Notes: generated by a model not told the origin, from the letters alone. Positions 18,267 through 29,004 are shown, counted from the stretch's first letter. The stretch: 64,000 nucleotides of DNA from Ignavibacteriota bacterium (GCA_963701295.1 OY969585.1:2464001-2528000); one strand, 5' to 3'. Translations and numbers: made by a program.

Positions 18267-21251
18267 ATGAGGCATTTATTAATATTATTAGTATTGCTAT
18301 CTATTTATATAGCCAGATCACAAACTCTGTCACTTCAAAAAGCATACCTATCATTTCCGGCTACGGGACAGCCGTATTGTATTACACATACGGATCTTAA
18401 TCACGATGGAATCGAAGATATTATTTCTGGTAATGCAGGTGGTATAAATGTGTCCGTTTTCTATGGGAGCAGAACAGCTCCCTATTATCAATCTGCTCGA
18501 CCTTTTGGAGATTCGATAAATACCGTTAGTTGTATAACAACAGGGGATATTAATCAAGATGGTTGGCCGGATATTGTGTATGGAACATACAATCTTATTC
18601 AAGATACAGTAAGCAATAAAGTGATAATATTGCAATCGTCATCCGGTGGATTAAATTTTAATCAAACTCTAGAATTCTCGTTTACCGAAAAACCAAATGC
18701 AATTTCTATCTTTGATGTTAATGAAGATTCACTTAACGATATTGTTGTTGCTCATGGTCATACGATTTCAATCTATACAGCTTCAACTACTGCAGGGCAA
18801 TTTAATTCACCTATAAATATCATTTTAACATTATCTGATTCAGCTTCTTCAATCAAATATGCCGCTATACAACAAATGCGTGCTATTGACATGAATGGAG
18901 ATGGATACAAAGACTTAGTAGTTACCGATGGGTCTAGTTTGTATGTACTTACATTAATAAAAAGTTTCCCATATTTATCTTTGCATGCACAATTTAGTAT
19001 TCCCCTTCATCAGAATGAGACCGGTCAAGATTTTGCAGTAGGGGACATTAACAATGATGGAACTAATGATGTTGTTGTCCTTTGCCGGCAAATGTATGCC
19101 GATAGTGTAGCAGTGTTCTTTAATGATGGCAAGGGAATTCTTTCTTTCAATAAAAAATATGTCTTGGGTCCACCAAATACTGATCTCGGTGAAAATCATA
19201 TTGTTCTAGCGGATCTGAATAATGACAATCGCCTTGATATTGCAACATCTAATATGTTATACACAGGGCAAAAACCAATGATAAGTGTTATGTTACAAGA
19301 TCCCAATTCGTTTGGATTTCTGCCTAGCACTCAATATGTATTGGATGCAACAAGCATAGATTTAATCATAGTTGATGCAAATAACGACGGCAATAAAGAT
19401 ATTGTTACTGTAGATCCAGATAACGCAGATATAGCACTTGTGCTTGCCAATAAAACACCGGGTGACTATTCTTCCATTGAATATTTCAATGTCCCTTTTG
19501 TACCATTTGCCATTACTTCTGGAGACATAAATTGCGATGGATATCCAGATATTATTACAACTGGTTGGGGTGATACAACTGGTGATAACTATCTCTCTCT
19601 TATACTCTCAGCAAATCAATCCGATAAATTTGATTCACCAAAGAATTTGCTCCTATCGCATACTATGTATGATCCATCAGCACGAAAGATAGAAACTGCT
19701 GATATTAATAATGATAGTTTACTTGACGTTGTTATAAGCTACCTTCTTATTCCTGGAATTCTCACTCTTCCAGGATCTGGCACAGCTGATCTATTTAATT
19801 TAGGTAGTTACTGGCCAACATCAGGCCAAGCAAATGATGATTTTGGAATTTTCGATATCGATCAGAATGATACTACAGACATTATTGTGAATAATTCAAG
19901 AAACTTCGACATAGAATACTTAAAAGGAGAGGGTAGCGGTATTTTTGATTTACCCAAAACATTATTTAGTGATACTCTAAAATCTAAATTTACCATCTGT
20001 GATGTAAATCGAGATGGTAGATTGGATATAGTTGCCCTAGAAGGAGATAATCTCGTAAGTTATGTCAATAAAGGGAACGACATATTTGATAAAGTAATAA
20101 GTAAAAGCATAAACAAGACTGTTGTAGATATGATTGCGATTGATCTCAATGGAGACGGCAATCCAGATATTGTTATTGCATTTGGCGACAACTCACAGAC
20201 ACTCGTTGTCCAGTTAGCAAGTGATTCTCTGGGTCATTTTAGTCCTCCAATTTCATTAACGGTTCCAGGACACCAAGGGACCCATAATGTGGGAATTGCG
20301 GATATGAATGGAGATGGTCTTCTAGATATCGTTACTGAGACCTTTTCAGATATTTGTGTTTTCACTGCTCTTCCTGGAGGTGGATTTTCAAGTCCATTAT
20401 TATTTCCAACTGGTACAGGAGAATGGAAATTATGTATAGACGATTTTAATGGTGATCTAAAACCCGATGTTTGCATTTGTAATGGATTCTTGGTTAAATA
20501 TGTTAAGAACTTGACTCCTGGTACTCCATCTGGGGTGATAACAAAAGCTTATATTAATTCCCCGTCAATACAGACCCCTTTCTACTTTTCAACAGGCAAC
20601 ATAAATCGATTCGGTAAGGTTATATTAGACAATTATGATGGATCGACCATCGCTATCCGAACTCACTCGGCTGCACAACCGCCAAATGTTTCGACACAAA
20701 GTAAAGTAGTTAAACGTTATTATGAAATATCGACTAATGGAAAGATTTCATCCGGTCAAATCACATTACCGTATGAATTGAGTGAAGTATCCATCGTAGG
20801 GCTAAAACCTAAGGGATTGCATTTATTTCATTATATGAACGGCGTATGGCAACTTGAACAAAGCAAAGTCAACATTGCAAATCAAACTCTTACGGCATTA
20901 ACAATTAAACTAGATGGAATCTGGGTTATGTGTGATCCAAACGATCATCCAATAACAGAGGTATTTAATGGCAATACAAACCTACCATATAAATGTTCAC
21001 TGTTACAAAACTATCCTAACCCTTTTAATCCATCCACAACTTTTTCTTTTAGTCTTGCATCAAAATCTTTTGTGTCGCTGAAAGTATTTGATATGTTAGG
21101 AAGGGAAGTTGCAATCATTATCTCAGAAGATATGTCAGCAGGAAGTTACACGCGTGAATGGAACGCAACAAATATTTCAAGTGGTGTCTACTTTTATCGT
21201 TTGCAGGCAGGTCTATTCACAGAAACCAAGAAATTGATTTTATTACGTTAA
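18267..21251 (+). CDS. Cassette 19: FG-GAP/VCBS-repeat protein with T9SS-type CTD (994 aa)
   Basis: Many DxNxDGxxD repeats; LLQNYPNPFNP..GVYFYRL..TKKLILLR. Confidence 0.92.
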   Translation: MRHLLILLVLLSIYIARSQTLSLQKAYLSFPATGQPYCITHTDLNHDGIEDIISGNAGGINVSVFYGSRTAPYYQSARPFGDSINTVSCITTGDINQDGWPDIVYGTYNLIQDTVSNKVIILQSSSGGLNFNQTLEFSFTEKPNAISIFDVNEDSLNDIVVAHGHTISIYTASTTAGQFNSPINIILTLSDSASSIKYAAIQQMRAIDMNGDGYKDLVVTDGSSLYVLTLIKSFPYLSLHAQFSIPLHQNETGQDFAVGDINNDGTNDVVVLCRQMYADSVAVFFNDGKGILSFNKKYVLGPPNTDLGENHIVLADLNNDNRLDIATSNMLYTGQKPMISVMLQDPNSFGFLPSTQYVLDATSIDLIIVDANNDGNKDIVTVDPDNADIALVLANKTPGDYSSIEYFNVPFVPFAITSGDINCDGYPDIITTGWGDTTGDNYLSLILSANQSDKFDSPKNLLLSHTMYDPSARKIETADINNDSLLDVVISYLLIPGILTLPGSGTADLFNLGSYWPTSGQANDDFGIFDIDQNDTTDIIVNNSRNFDIEYLKGEGSGIFDLPKTLFSDTLKSKFTICDVNRDGRLDIVALEGDNLVSYVNKGNDIFDKVISKSINKTVVDMIAIDLNGDGNPDIVIAFGDNSQTLVVQLASDSLGHFSPPISLTVPGHQGTHNVGIADMNGDGLLDIVTETFSDICVFTALPGGGFSSPLLFPTGTGEWKLCIDDFNGDLKPDVCICNGFLVKYVKNLTPGTPSGVITKAYINSPSIQTPFYFSTGNINRFGKVILDNYDGSTIAIRTHSAAQPPNVSTQSKVVKRYYEISTNGKISSGQITLPYELSEVSIVGLKPKGLHLFHYMNGVWQLEQSKVNIANQTLTALTIKLDGIWVMCDPNDHPITEVFNGNTNLPYKCSLLQNYPNPFNPSTTFSFSLASKSFVSLKVFDMLGREVAIIISEDMSAGSYTREWNATNISSGVYFYRLQAGLFTETKKLILLR

Positions 21252-21261
21252 GGTAATTGCG

Positions 21262-21420
21262 CCCTAACCAGGCGCTCAAGCTGACGGAATAAGCGTGGTA
21301 CTATTTAACATTGCGTGCAAAGTTTTTGATGTTTAATAATTCATTTATCAGCGTGAACTCAGTTCGTTGGTCGCAATACGAAACTTATCAGCGCCGCAGC
21401 TTAGCGCCGGTCCGTTAGGC
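21262..21420 (+). repeat. attC 19 (159 bp)
   Basis: CCCTAAC..GTTAGGC. Confidence 0.92.
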
Positions 21421-21432
21421 AGCGGGTAAAAG

Positions 21433-21801
21433 ATGAAACTCAACATCACAAATAGCACAGAAAGATTTGATAATACAAAATTCTCCAACGAGATAGTCGA
21501 TGGACAGAGTCTTCCGCTGTTCAGTACGTACACATGTCCGCGTTGTCATGAAAAGATTGGGTTCACGAAAGAAGATTTTGAAAAGAGGTCGATGCTAAAC
21601 TTCTCTAACCTTTCGTTGGATATTCAATCACAGTTCGGGAATTGGGCTGAGAAAAACGACATGAAACATCATCATTTTCTCGATTGGAGTTGTCCAAAGT
21701 GCTATCTCCCAGCGCGCGTGTACATACAACATTAGGCTGGGGGGAGACATGGTGATGCGGGAGTTAATTTGTTAAGTGTTCTAGAAATCACAGAGAAATA
21801 A
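21433..21801 (+). pseudogene. Cassette 20: CxxC...CxxC protein with in-frame TAG at 21733
   Basis: Frame continues after TAG (AGGRHGDAGVNLLSVLEITEK) to TAA at 21799-21801 abutting the attC. Confidence 0.7.
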
Positions 21802-21807
21802 CCCGCT

Positions 21808-21965
21808 GCCTAACCCGCGGCTCAAGCTGACCGGATGAGCGCACTGCAAAATTCATGGCGTGCAACGGTCTGGATGTAATTTGAAAGCAATCTACTTGGA
21901 ACTCGGTTCGTTTAGTACTATTTTGAAAATTATCAGTGCGGCAGCTTAGCCGCCATCCGTTATGT
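21808..21965 (+). repeat. attC 20 (158 bp)
   Basis: GCCTAAC..GTTATGT. Confidence 0.9.
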
Positions 21966-22248
21966 TGCACAGGCAGCGCACACAGTATGTGTTACTTGCG
22001 GGGTTGGGTAATCGCGTTCTAACGGCTTTAAGTTTTAGTTACATTGTACAGATTTAGATTTTGGTTGCTTTCTATAAGTTACGTTGTCAACAAGTTTTGT
22101 TTTGTACGAGAATAAAAGCAGTGCAAGTTAAGTTCCTCAAAAGAATCTCGGCGATGCGCTGCCTGTGCTCAGAATAATTAAAGTTTTTTTGGTGTTAGCA
22201 AGTATTGTTTTGTTGAAAGTTTGTACAACAAAGAAACTATAACATAAC
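21960..22248 (+). other. Cassette 21: gene-less cassette, duplicate of cassette 15
   Basis: Matches 14695-14983 (offset 7265). Confidence 0.85.
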
Positions 22249-22401
22249 CAGCAACTCAAGCTGACGGTTGGAACGTGGGATTTAAATTCATGGCGCTAAA
22301 CACACGTTATTATTATGGCGCGAATATAGACGTGTGGCTTGGTTCGTTGATTGCATGACTCGTAATTATCAACGCCGCAGCTTAGTTGCCATCCGTTAGG
22401 G
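22242..22401 (+). repeat. attC 21 (160 bp)
   Basis: ACATAAC..GTTAGGG. Confidence 0.9.
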
Positions 22402-22477
22402 CGCACAAATTACGAGTGGCATAATTATACAAGTTGTGTTTTGTACATCTGCAAATAATTGATTTAATGGAGTCGAC

Positions 22478-23155
22478 GTGAAAATCAGTTCTGTCCGAAT
22501 TCTTGGTTCGTTAGGGATTGGAGGAGCATTGCTCATGTTCATTGGTGATATGTGTTTGTATGGACATCTCGGTAGCGGTGGTGATTTTTGGACGAATCTT
22601 CCTCTTGTTATTTCAAATGAATCCGATATTCAAATCATTGCCGGTGGATTTATTGGTCCGATTGCCGCCCTTCTGTACTGTCTTGGCTTCTTTTCTATAT
22701 ATAAAATGATTTCCCCGAAAAGCCCAATATTGGCCATCATCGTGGCGGGAGGTGCCGTTGCATCGATTGTCATCATGGGCGCATATCATGCCATGTGGGG
22801 CATTCGGGCCTTATTGATAAAAGTTGGCTTGCCTTCGGGCGATTTTCATGAATTGTATAACCAGATCAAGCAATATACGCTCCTTTTCTACGACGCTGCG
22901 GGTGTTGTTGGAGGAATAACTTCTCTGCTTTTGTTTTTTGCTGTCTTATCCAGAAAATCGCTCTACCCCAGATGGACAGCTGTTGTGAATCCTGGATTTC
23001 TTTTCCTTTTTAGCCCATTAGCGGGTCTCATTCCCGCTCCTCTCGGAGCAATTGTTTATGGTGGGTGTTTGAACCTTGTGTTTGTAGTCTTCTTTTCAGT
23101 AACGGTCTTTTCAACTCGATCAATTATCTATGCAGACCAGATGCACAGTGCATAA
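22478..23155 (+). CDS. Cassette 22: multi-pass membrane protein
   Basis: GTG start with GGAG RBS, ~6 hydrophobic helices, SLYPRW motif. Confidence 0.8.
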   Translation: MKISSVRILGSLGIGGALLMFIGDMCLYGHLGSGGDFWTNLPLVISNESDIQIIAGGFIGPIAALLYCLGFFSIYKMISPKSPILAIIVAGGAVASIVIMGAYHAMWGIRALLIKVGLPSGDFHELYNQIKQYTLLFYDAAGVVGGITSLLLFFAVLSRKSLYPRWTAVVNPGFLFLFSPLAGLIPAPLGAIVYGGCLNLVFVVFFSVTVFSTRSIIYADQMHSA

Positions 23156-23176
23156 CATACAAAACAACCATGTGCG

Positions 23177-23371
23177 CCCTAACCAGGCGCTCAAGCTGAC
23201 GGAATGAGCGTTGGTGCAAAATTCATGGCTAATGGTGGGTTTAAGCTTTTATTATTCAGTTTTTAGTGCCTATAACTTTGATACTTATTAATTTGGTTAT
23301 CAGCATGAACTTGTTTCGTTGGTTGCAATATGAAATTATCAGCGCCGCAGCTTAGCGCCGGTCCGTTAGGG
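23177..23371 (+). repeat. attC 22 (195 bp)
   Basis: CCCTAAC..GTTAGGG. Confidence 0.92.
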
Positions 23372-23457
23372 CGCAACAATATTTTATTATCAGTGCATTT
23401 GTAAACGATTAATATATTAATATAAATGAAGCAATCTAAATTTCTAAAGGAGTTGGT

Positions 23458-24117
23458 ATGCACATTCATCTTCCTAAGGGAAACCTTGGATCTCTCCGAG
23501 GCTTTCTACTGGAATTGTTCACGATAACCTGCGGCATCTTGATCGCTATTTCGCTCGAAAGTGCGGTGGAGTCGATTCACCATCACCACCTGCTGCGCGA
23601 GGCGCGTGACAACATCCGCTCTGAACTGCGAGACAACCTCCGGTCAATAGATAGTGCGACAAAAGAAATTCCTGGCGAACTTGAAATGCTACAGAAGGTG
23701 GTTGCTCTTTGCATGCAAGAACGATCCCATCGCGGATCGGTTGACCTTCGCAAAGTAAAAAACATCAATCTCGGTTTCACTAGTTTCACAATAAGCTCGA
23801 ATAGTTGGAGCACAGCGCAATCTATTGGAGCAGTCAGCCTTATGGACTATGAAGAGATCAAAAAATACACATCGGCCTATGAGACGCAAACTATGACTAC
23901 CTCCCTTGAGCAACAGACGCTGGAAAAGTGGCTACAGTTGCAGCGCATTGGGATCATCTTGGGCGATAAAACGAATCTAAAGGACTTCTCGAATGATGAT
24001 CTTGCCGATATCGAACGCACTGCCAGCGAAGCTTTCTCTTTTACGTCTACTTTGCAGCAATTCGGTCAATCGCTGACAAAGAAGTATAACCAAATTCTAA
24101 ATTCGTCACAGGAGTAA
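23458..24117 (+). CDS. Cassette 23: single-TM helical hypothetical protein
   Basis: ELFTITCGILIAISLE anchor; paralog of cassette 25. Confidence 0.8.
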   Translation: MHIHLPKGNLGSLRGFLLELFTITCGILIAISLESAVESIHHHHLLREARDNIRSELRDNLRSIDSATKEIPGELEMLQKVVALCMQERSHRGSVDLRKVKNINLGFTSFTISSNSWSTAQSIGAVSLMDYEEIKKYTSAYETQTMTTSLEQQTLEKWLQLQRIGIILGDKTNLKDFSNDDLADIERTASEAFSFTSTLQQFGQSLTKKYNQILNSSQE

Positions 24118-24154
24118 TATATTTTCCTGTTATGATAAAATTATCATTGTTGCG

Positions 24155-24309
24155 CCCTAACCAGGCACTCAAGCTGACGAAATGGGCGTGGGAGCAAATT
24201 ACATGGCGAATAAAGTTCTGGTGGAATAAGAAAGATCCTGCGTGAACTCAGTTCGTTGGGTGCATGTTGAAAGTTTTCGTTGTCGCAGCTTAGCGCCAGT
24301 CCGTTAGGC
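24155..24309 (+). repeat. attC 23 (155 bp)
   Basis: CCCTAAC..GTTAGGC. Confidence 0.92.
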
Positions 24310-24338
24310 CGCAACATCACTAATCTAGAACATATAAT

Positions 24339-26459
24339 ATGAAAAAAACATCCCTTTTTCTTTTGTTGTTATTTAATATTTCTTTTCTGAATTCTAAAAA
24401 TTTTATGTGGAAGCAAACAAACGGGCCACAAGGTGGATCCATTGCAACAATTTGTTTTGTTGATAGCATTGTTTTTGTCGGAGGAGTAGGTGGTGTATTT
24501 AAAAGTACTATCGATGGGGATTATTGGAAATTTATGGGACTTCCTAATGTTGAAGTTAAAAAAATTGTTGTCAGTGGAAATATATTGTTTGCCGGAACAG
24601 CACGTAATGGAGTTTATTTTAGTAAAGATTATGGAACGAGTTGGGAAGAAAACAAAAATAGTTCTTCAGATTTTGGTAATATTGTTGATATGGCAGTAAA
24701 GGATACCTTTATTTTTGTTGCCACTAATGGATATGGAATATTCAGAAGGTCATTGTCTGATTCAAATTGGTCGGCTGTAAATACCGGCATTGATAACTTA
24801 AATTTCAAGACAATCATTGTAAGTAACGATGTTATTATCGCTTCTGCAGCAGGTGCGTCTGGTTCGGGTATGTTTCGAAGCACCAATAACGGTGAACAAT
24901 GGAAAAGAGTCGATCCTAATCCATATGCATGGATGGCGGACGCAATCTGTAAATACAATGATACGCTCTATGCTGCGAGGTTTTCAAACCAGGCGAAAGT
25001 TTACATCAGCATTGACGATGGTCTAACCTGGTTACTTCCTTCGGCAGCGTCTCCACCCAATGACATTATTACAAATTTATATGCGGATAAATCTGGACTT
25101 TACGCAGGTATATACAACAACGGGGTCTATCGCTCTACAAACGGAGGAATAAGTTGGGCAAATTTAAATACTGGTCTCTATAATTTATCACCGACTCAAT
25201 TAAATGGTAAGGACGGACTCATTTATTATGGATCTTATGATGGTATCAAAATCTCATCAGACTATGGTACAACATGGCAAACCAAAAATTTTGAACTAAA
25301 CAATAGTTCAGTATCGTGTATTAATTCGATTGGGCAATACACGTTTGCTGGTACTAATGGTGCTGGATTGTTTTATACTTCTGATCTTGGCGCGTCCTGG
25401 AAACAAACAATTAATTCCAATGTTTTTCCATTTGTAAAGAATATTATAAATGTCAATGATACGATCTTTTTAGTCTCAAGCGATTGGACATATGATTGCA
25501 AAGTCATCATGAGTAGTGATAGTGGGTCTTCATGGGTTCAACGTAATAACGGTATTGACGGAGGTGAAATTACTTCTATTGCTTGGTCTAAAGGGTTTTT
25601 ATACGCAAGCACATCATATGGACTTTTTAAGAGTAGCAATAGAGGATTACAATGGACGTTATTGACAAATGGATTGCCAAATAATGGACGGCCAAACGTA
25701 TCAAGTGTTGCTGCGATGGACTCTTTTGTAGTAGCAGCAAATGGAGAAAATCAAATTTATCGAAGCATTGATGCAGGAGAGCACTGGACTGCGGTTTCTG
25801 TACCAGATCAGCTTACTCCTCCGATCATAAAGGTTTCTGTAGTGGATACAGTTATCTATGCTGGTTGTTCAGAAGTGAATGTGGTATTTAATAGTTATGA
25901 TAAAGGCGCAACATGGAGGCCATTTAATATTCCATACTTCAACGGAAATGTTGAAGATATTACTGGAAATAAGGATTCTTTATTTATTGCAGTAACTTAT
26001 TCTGGAATCATAGCACAGTGTGGCAATGTTGGTGCAAAATTAATTAGTTCAGATATCATGAATCCTGATATCAGAAGTGTTTACTACTCAAATGGAAGAC
26101 TTTGGGTAGGTACCTGGGGATCTGGAATTTTTAGAAATATCGATTCCTCTGAAGTCACGTATAGTCCTTCAACAAGCGATCCAACAAATTTTCCTAAATC
26201 GATTGTACTCAAACAAAATTATCCCAACCCTTTTAATCCATCAACAACGATATCATTTTCATTACCTGCGAAAGCAGTTGTATCGTTGAAAATATATGAC
26301 ATAATAGGAAGAGATATAGAAACACTTGTTTTCAAAGAATTGTCTGCTGGGATTCATTCAGTACAATGGAACGCCAAGAGATTGACAAGTGGAATTTACT
26401 TCTATCGCTTACAAACTGCTTCATTTGTTCAGACAAAGAAGTTGTTATTATTAAAATAA
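24339..26459 (+). CDS. Cassette 24: BNR/Asp-box beta-propeller protein with T9SS-type CTD
   Basis: Repeated SxDxGxxW; LKQNYPNPFNP. Confidence 0.92.
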   Translation: MKKTSLFLLLLFNISFLNSKNFMWKQTNGPQGGSIATICFVDSIVFVGGVGGVFKSTIDGDYWKFMGLPNVEVKKIVVSGNILFAGTARNGVYFSKDYGTSWEENKNSSSDFGNIVDMAVKDTFIFVATNGYGIFRRSLSDSNWSAVNTGIDNLNFKTIIVSNDVIIASAAGASGSGMFRSTNNGEQWKRVDPNPYAWMADAICKYNDTLYAARFSNQAKVYISIDDGLTWLLPSAASPPNDIITNLYADKSGLYAGIYNNGVYRSTNGGISWANLNTGLYNLSPTQLNGKDGLIYYGSYDGIKISSDYGTTWQTKNFELNNSSVSCINSIGQYTFAGTNGAGLFYTSDLGASWKQTINSNVFPFVKNIINVNDTIFLVSSDWTYDCKVIMSSDSGSSWVQRNNGIDGGEITSIAWSKGFLYASTSYGLFKSSNRGLQWTLLTNGLPNNGRPNVSSVAAMDSFVVAANGENQIYRSIDAGEHWTAVSVPDQLTPPIIKVSVVDTVIYAGCSEVNVVFNSYDKGATWRPFNIPYFNGNVEDITGNKDSLFIAVTYSGIIAQCGNVGAKLISSDIMNPDIRSVYYSNGRLWVGTWGSGIFRNIDSSEVTYSPSTSDPTNFPKSIVLKQNYPNPFNPSTTISFSLPAKAVVSLKIYDIIGRDIETLVFKELSAGIHSVQWNAKRLTSGIYFYRLQTASFVQTKKLLLLK

Positions 26460-26466
26460 AGTTGCG

Positions 26467-26624
26467 CCCTAACAAGGCGCTCAAGCTGACGGTTGCCAGC
26501 TGGGTGCAATTTACATGGCGAGCATAGGTTTAGTTCTTAATAATTTAATTATCAGCGTGAACTCAATTCGTTGGGTGCAGGTTGAAAGTTGGTCACGCCG
26601 CAGCTTAGCGCCATACCGTTAGGG
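26467..26624 (+). repeat. attC 24 (158 bp)
   Basis: CCCTAAC..GTTAGGG. Confidence 0.92.
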
Positions 26625-26703
26625 CGCAACAAAAATTTCTTTTTCGGTGCATTTTTACACCATTTATGTAAATGAAGTAATCTAGATTTCAAAAGGAGTC
26701 GAC

Positions 26704-27363
26704 ATGCACATTCATCTTCCTAAGGGAAACCTTGAATCTATCCGAGGTTTTCTTCTTGAATTGTTCACGATAACCTGTGGTATCTTGATCGCTATTTCGC
26801 TCGAAAGTGCGGTGGAGTCGATTCACCATCACCACCTGTTGCGCGAGGCACGTAGCAACATACTATCTGAAATGCGAGACAACCACCGGATAATAGATAG
26901 TACAACAAAGAAAATTCCTGATGAACTTGAAATGTTGCAGAAGGTGGTTTCTCTTTGTATGCAGGAAAGAGCCCATCGCGGTTCGGTTGACCTTCGCAAA
27001 GTAAAAAACCTCAATCTCGGTTTCACTGGTTTCTCAATAAGTTCCAATAATTGGAGCACTGCACAATCGATTGGAGCGGTCAATCTCATGAACTATGAAG
27101 AGATCAAGAAATATACATCAGTCTATGAAATCCAAACTTTGGCTACCTCCCTTCATCAACAGACACTGGATAAGTGGCTACAGTTGCAACGCATTCTGAT
27201 TCTCTTGGCCGGAAAAACAAATCTAAAGGATTTCTCGGATAATGATCTGGCTGAGGTTGAACGCACTGCCAGCGAGGCTTACTCTTTTACGTCTACTTTG
27301 CAGCAAGCCGGTCAATCGCTTACAAAGAAGTATGGCCAAATTCTAATTTCGTTACAGGAGTAA
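26704..27363 (+). CDS. Cassette 25: paralog of the cassette 23 protein
   Basis: Same length (219 aa), collinear, highly similar. Confidence 0.8.
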   Translation: MHIHLPKGNLESIRGFLLELFTITCGILIAISLESAVESIHHHHLLREARSNILSEMRDNHRIIDSTTKKIPDELEMLQKVVSLCMQERAHRGSVDLRKVKNLNLGFTGFSISSNNWSTAQSIGAVNLMNYEEIKKYTSVYEIQTLATSLHQQTLDKWLQLQRILILLAGKTNLKDFSDNDLAEVERTASEAYSFTSTLQQAGQSLTKKYGQILISLQE

Positions 27364-27401
27364 TTCATTCTCTTATTAAAGTAAAATTATCATTTGTTGC
27401 G

Positions 27402-27560
27402 CCCTAACCAACGCATCAAGCTGACGGCTAAAGCGTAGGTGCAATTTACATTGCGCATAAAGTATTTGTGTTTAATAATTCGGTTGGTCGCGTGAACCTG
27501 TTTCCTTGGGTGCACAACGAAACTTGGGCACGCCGCAGCTTATGTGCCGATCCGTTAGGC
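27402..27560 (+). repeat. attC 25 (159 bp)
   Basis: CCCTAAC..GTTAGGC. Confidence 0.9.
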
Positions 27561-27578
27561 GGCGGAGGGAAAAACAAA

Positions 27579-28427
27579 ATGCGTATAATAACATTTGGTT
27601 CTATTCTTTCTATCTTTATCCTCACGTCCACTCTAGACGCACAAACAAATTTTGTCTTTCCATTTGATACCACTGACAGATGGGAATATGATATAAAATC
27701 TATGTTCGATTCTCCCTATCAAAGTGCTGGTCATACTACAATCCGTTTCCGCAAAGATACCCTCATGCCTAATGGTAAAACATACAGGACTTTTGCAGAT
27801 GATCGGAGTCCTTTTTTCTTTTTACGTAAAGATAGTCTGAAGATTTTCCAATACAGTGGATCGGATTCCAGCGAATTTGTTCGATATGACTTTTCGAAGA
27901 GGGCAGGCGATACCGTTCAGAAGTTGACACAATATTCGTCAATTGTTCTTAGTGCCGATCAACTGATTTCCGTTTTTGGCACTTTGCGAAGGACAATGAG
28001 CTTTCAAGGAAGCTTCGTAGATGATGATGTTGTTGATACCATAGGTATCTTATCTTTTACTCCGCAGGCAACTGATATTTGGTATCAGCTTACAGGTGCT
28101 TATGTAAATGGTCGCACCTTTGGTGTTTTAACTTCTGTTTTAAATAAAACCGATGAGATAACTAAAGCAATGTTCCTTCAACAGAATTATCCTAATCCAT
28201 TTAATCCATCGACTACACTTTCCTTTGAACTTCCTTTTCAAACAAGAGTATCTTTGACAATCTACGATTTGATGGGGAAGACGATTATCGTTTTACTCAA
28301 TAAAGAGTTAAAACCAGGTATTCATTCTGTAGCTTGGAATGCTTCGAGATATAGCAGTGGTGTGTATTTTTATATTCTTCAAGGGAAAGGTTTTCGAATT
28401 ACAAAACAAATGTTATTAATAAAATAG
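27579..28427 (+). CDS. Cassette 26: secreted protein with T9SS-type CTD
   Basis: ATG 27579 after GGAGG, signal peptide, LQQNYPNPFNP. Confidence 0.88.
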   Translation: MRIITFGSILSIFILTSTLDAQTNFVFPFDTTDRWEYDIKSMFDSPYQSAGHTTIRFRKDTLMPNGKTYRTFADDRSPFFFLRKDSLKIFQYSGSDSSEFVRYDFSKRAGDTVQKLTQYSSIVLSADQLISVFGTLRRTMSFQGSFVDDDVVDTIGILSFTPQATDIWYQLTGAYVNGRTFGVLTSVLNKTDEITKAMFLQQNYPNPFNPSTTLSFELPFQTRVSLTIYDLMGKTIIVLLNKELKPGIHSVAWNASRYSSGVYFYILQGKGFRITKQMLLIK

Positions 28428-28435
28428 CATCCGCT

Positions 28436-28459
28436 GCCTAACCAGGTGCTCAAGCTGAC
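28436..28459 (+). repeat. attC 26, truncated (5' arm only)
   Basis: GCCTAACCAGGTGCTCAAGCTGAC then unrelated sequence. Confidence 0.85.
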
Positions 28460-28509
28460 ATTTTCAAAATCATAGAGGGACACATCACGCGTATAGACCA
28501 CAGGTGATT

Positions 28510-28660
28510 TTGTCATCTCATCAGATGCCTTAAGGGTCGTGACGGGATGGCGAAAGGGTCAAGATGGATCACTGGAAGGTCTCCGAAGGGTCAAAATAAG
28601 TCGTCAACAGGTCACAAATATATAACAAAAGTATAACAAAAGGATGACAATATAGTCACG
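28510..28660 (+). repeat. Element shared (inverted) with 39543-39595, followed by degenerate ~11-bp periodic repeats
   Basis: GTGACGGGATGGCGAAAGGGTC (28539-28560) is the exact reverse complement of 39543-39564. Confidence 0.75.
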
Positions 28661-28712
28661 CCGTAAATTCTTTGTTTTATAGTAGTTGAATCAATTGAGT
28701 CCTCGATTGAGC

Positions 28713-28852
28713 TTGCCAAAATGAAAATTGATTCGAAATCAGACGTGCAAATTCAAAATTATCTCAAGGTCAAACGTGCAAATTGAAAATTAGCACGAAG
28801 TCGGGTGTGCAAATTCAATATCTATCCCAAGTCAGCACTGCAAATTTGATTT
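28713..28852 (+). repeat. 31-bp period tandem repeats (iteron-like, 4-5 units)
   Basis: (G/C)TGCAAATT at 28745, 28776, 28807, 28838 plus a degenerate unit at 28713. Confidence 0.75.
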
Positions 28853-29004
28853 TCCATCATCATTCGTTACATTATCAAAATAATTCGTAACCAAACTGCA
28901 CACATTTAGAAAGAAATTCAATCAAGAGAGATAAATAGTGGAGGAAGTGTGTAAGAAGTTAGTAACCAAAAATGTTCTATCACAAACCCATAGGAGAAAT
29001 ACAC

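Noticed and set aside
27468-27578. N-terminal extensions in the ORF track (also 6111, 33572, 34323, 55506, 58729)
   Set aside because: They run through attC, tRNA or upstream genes; downstream ATGs with RBS or signal peptides fit better
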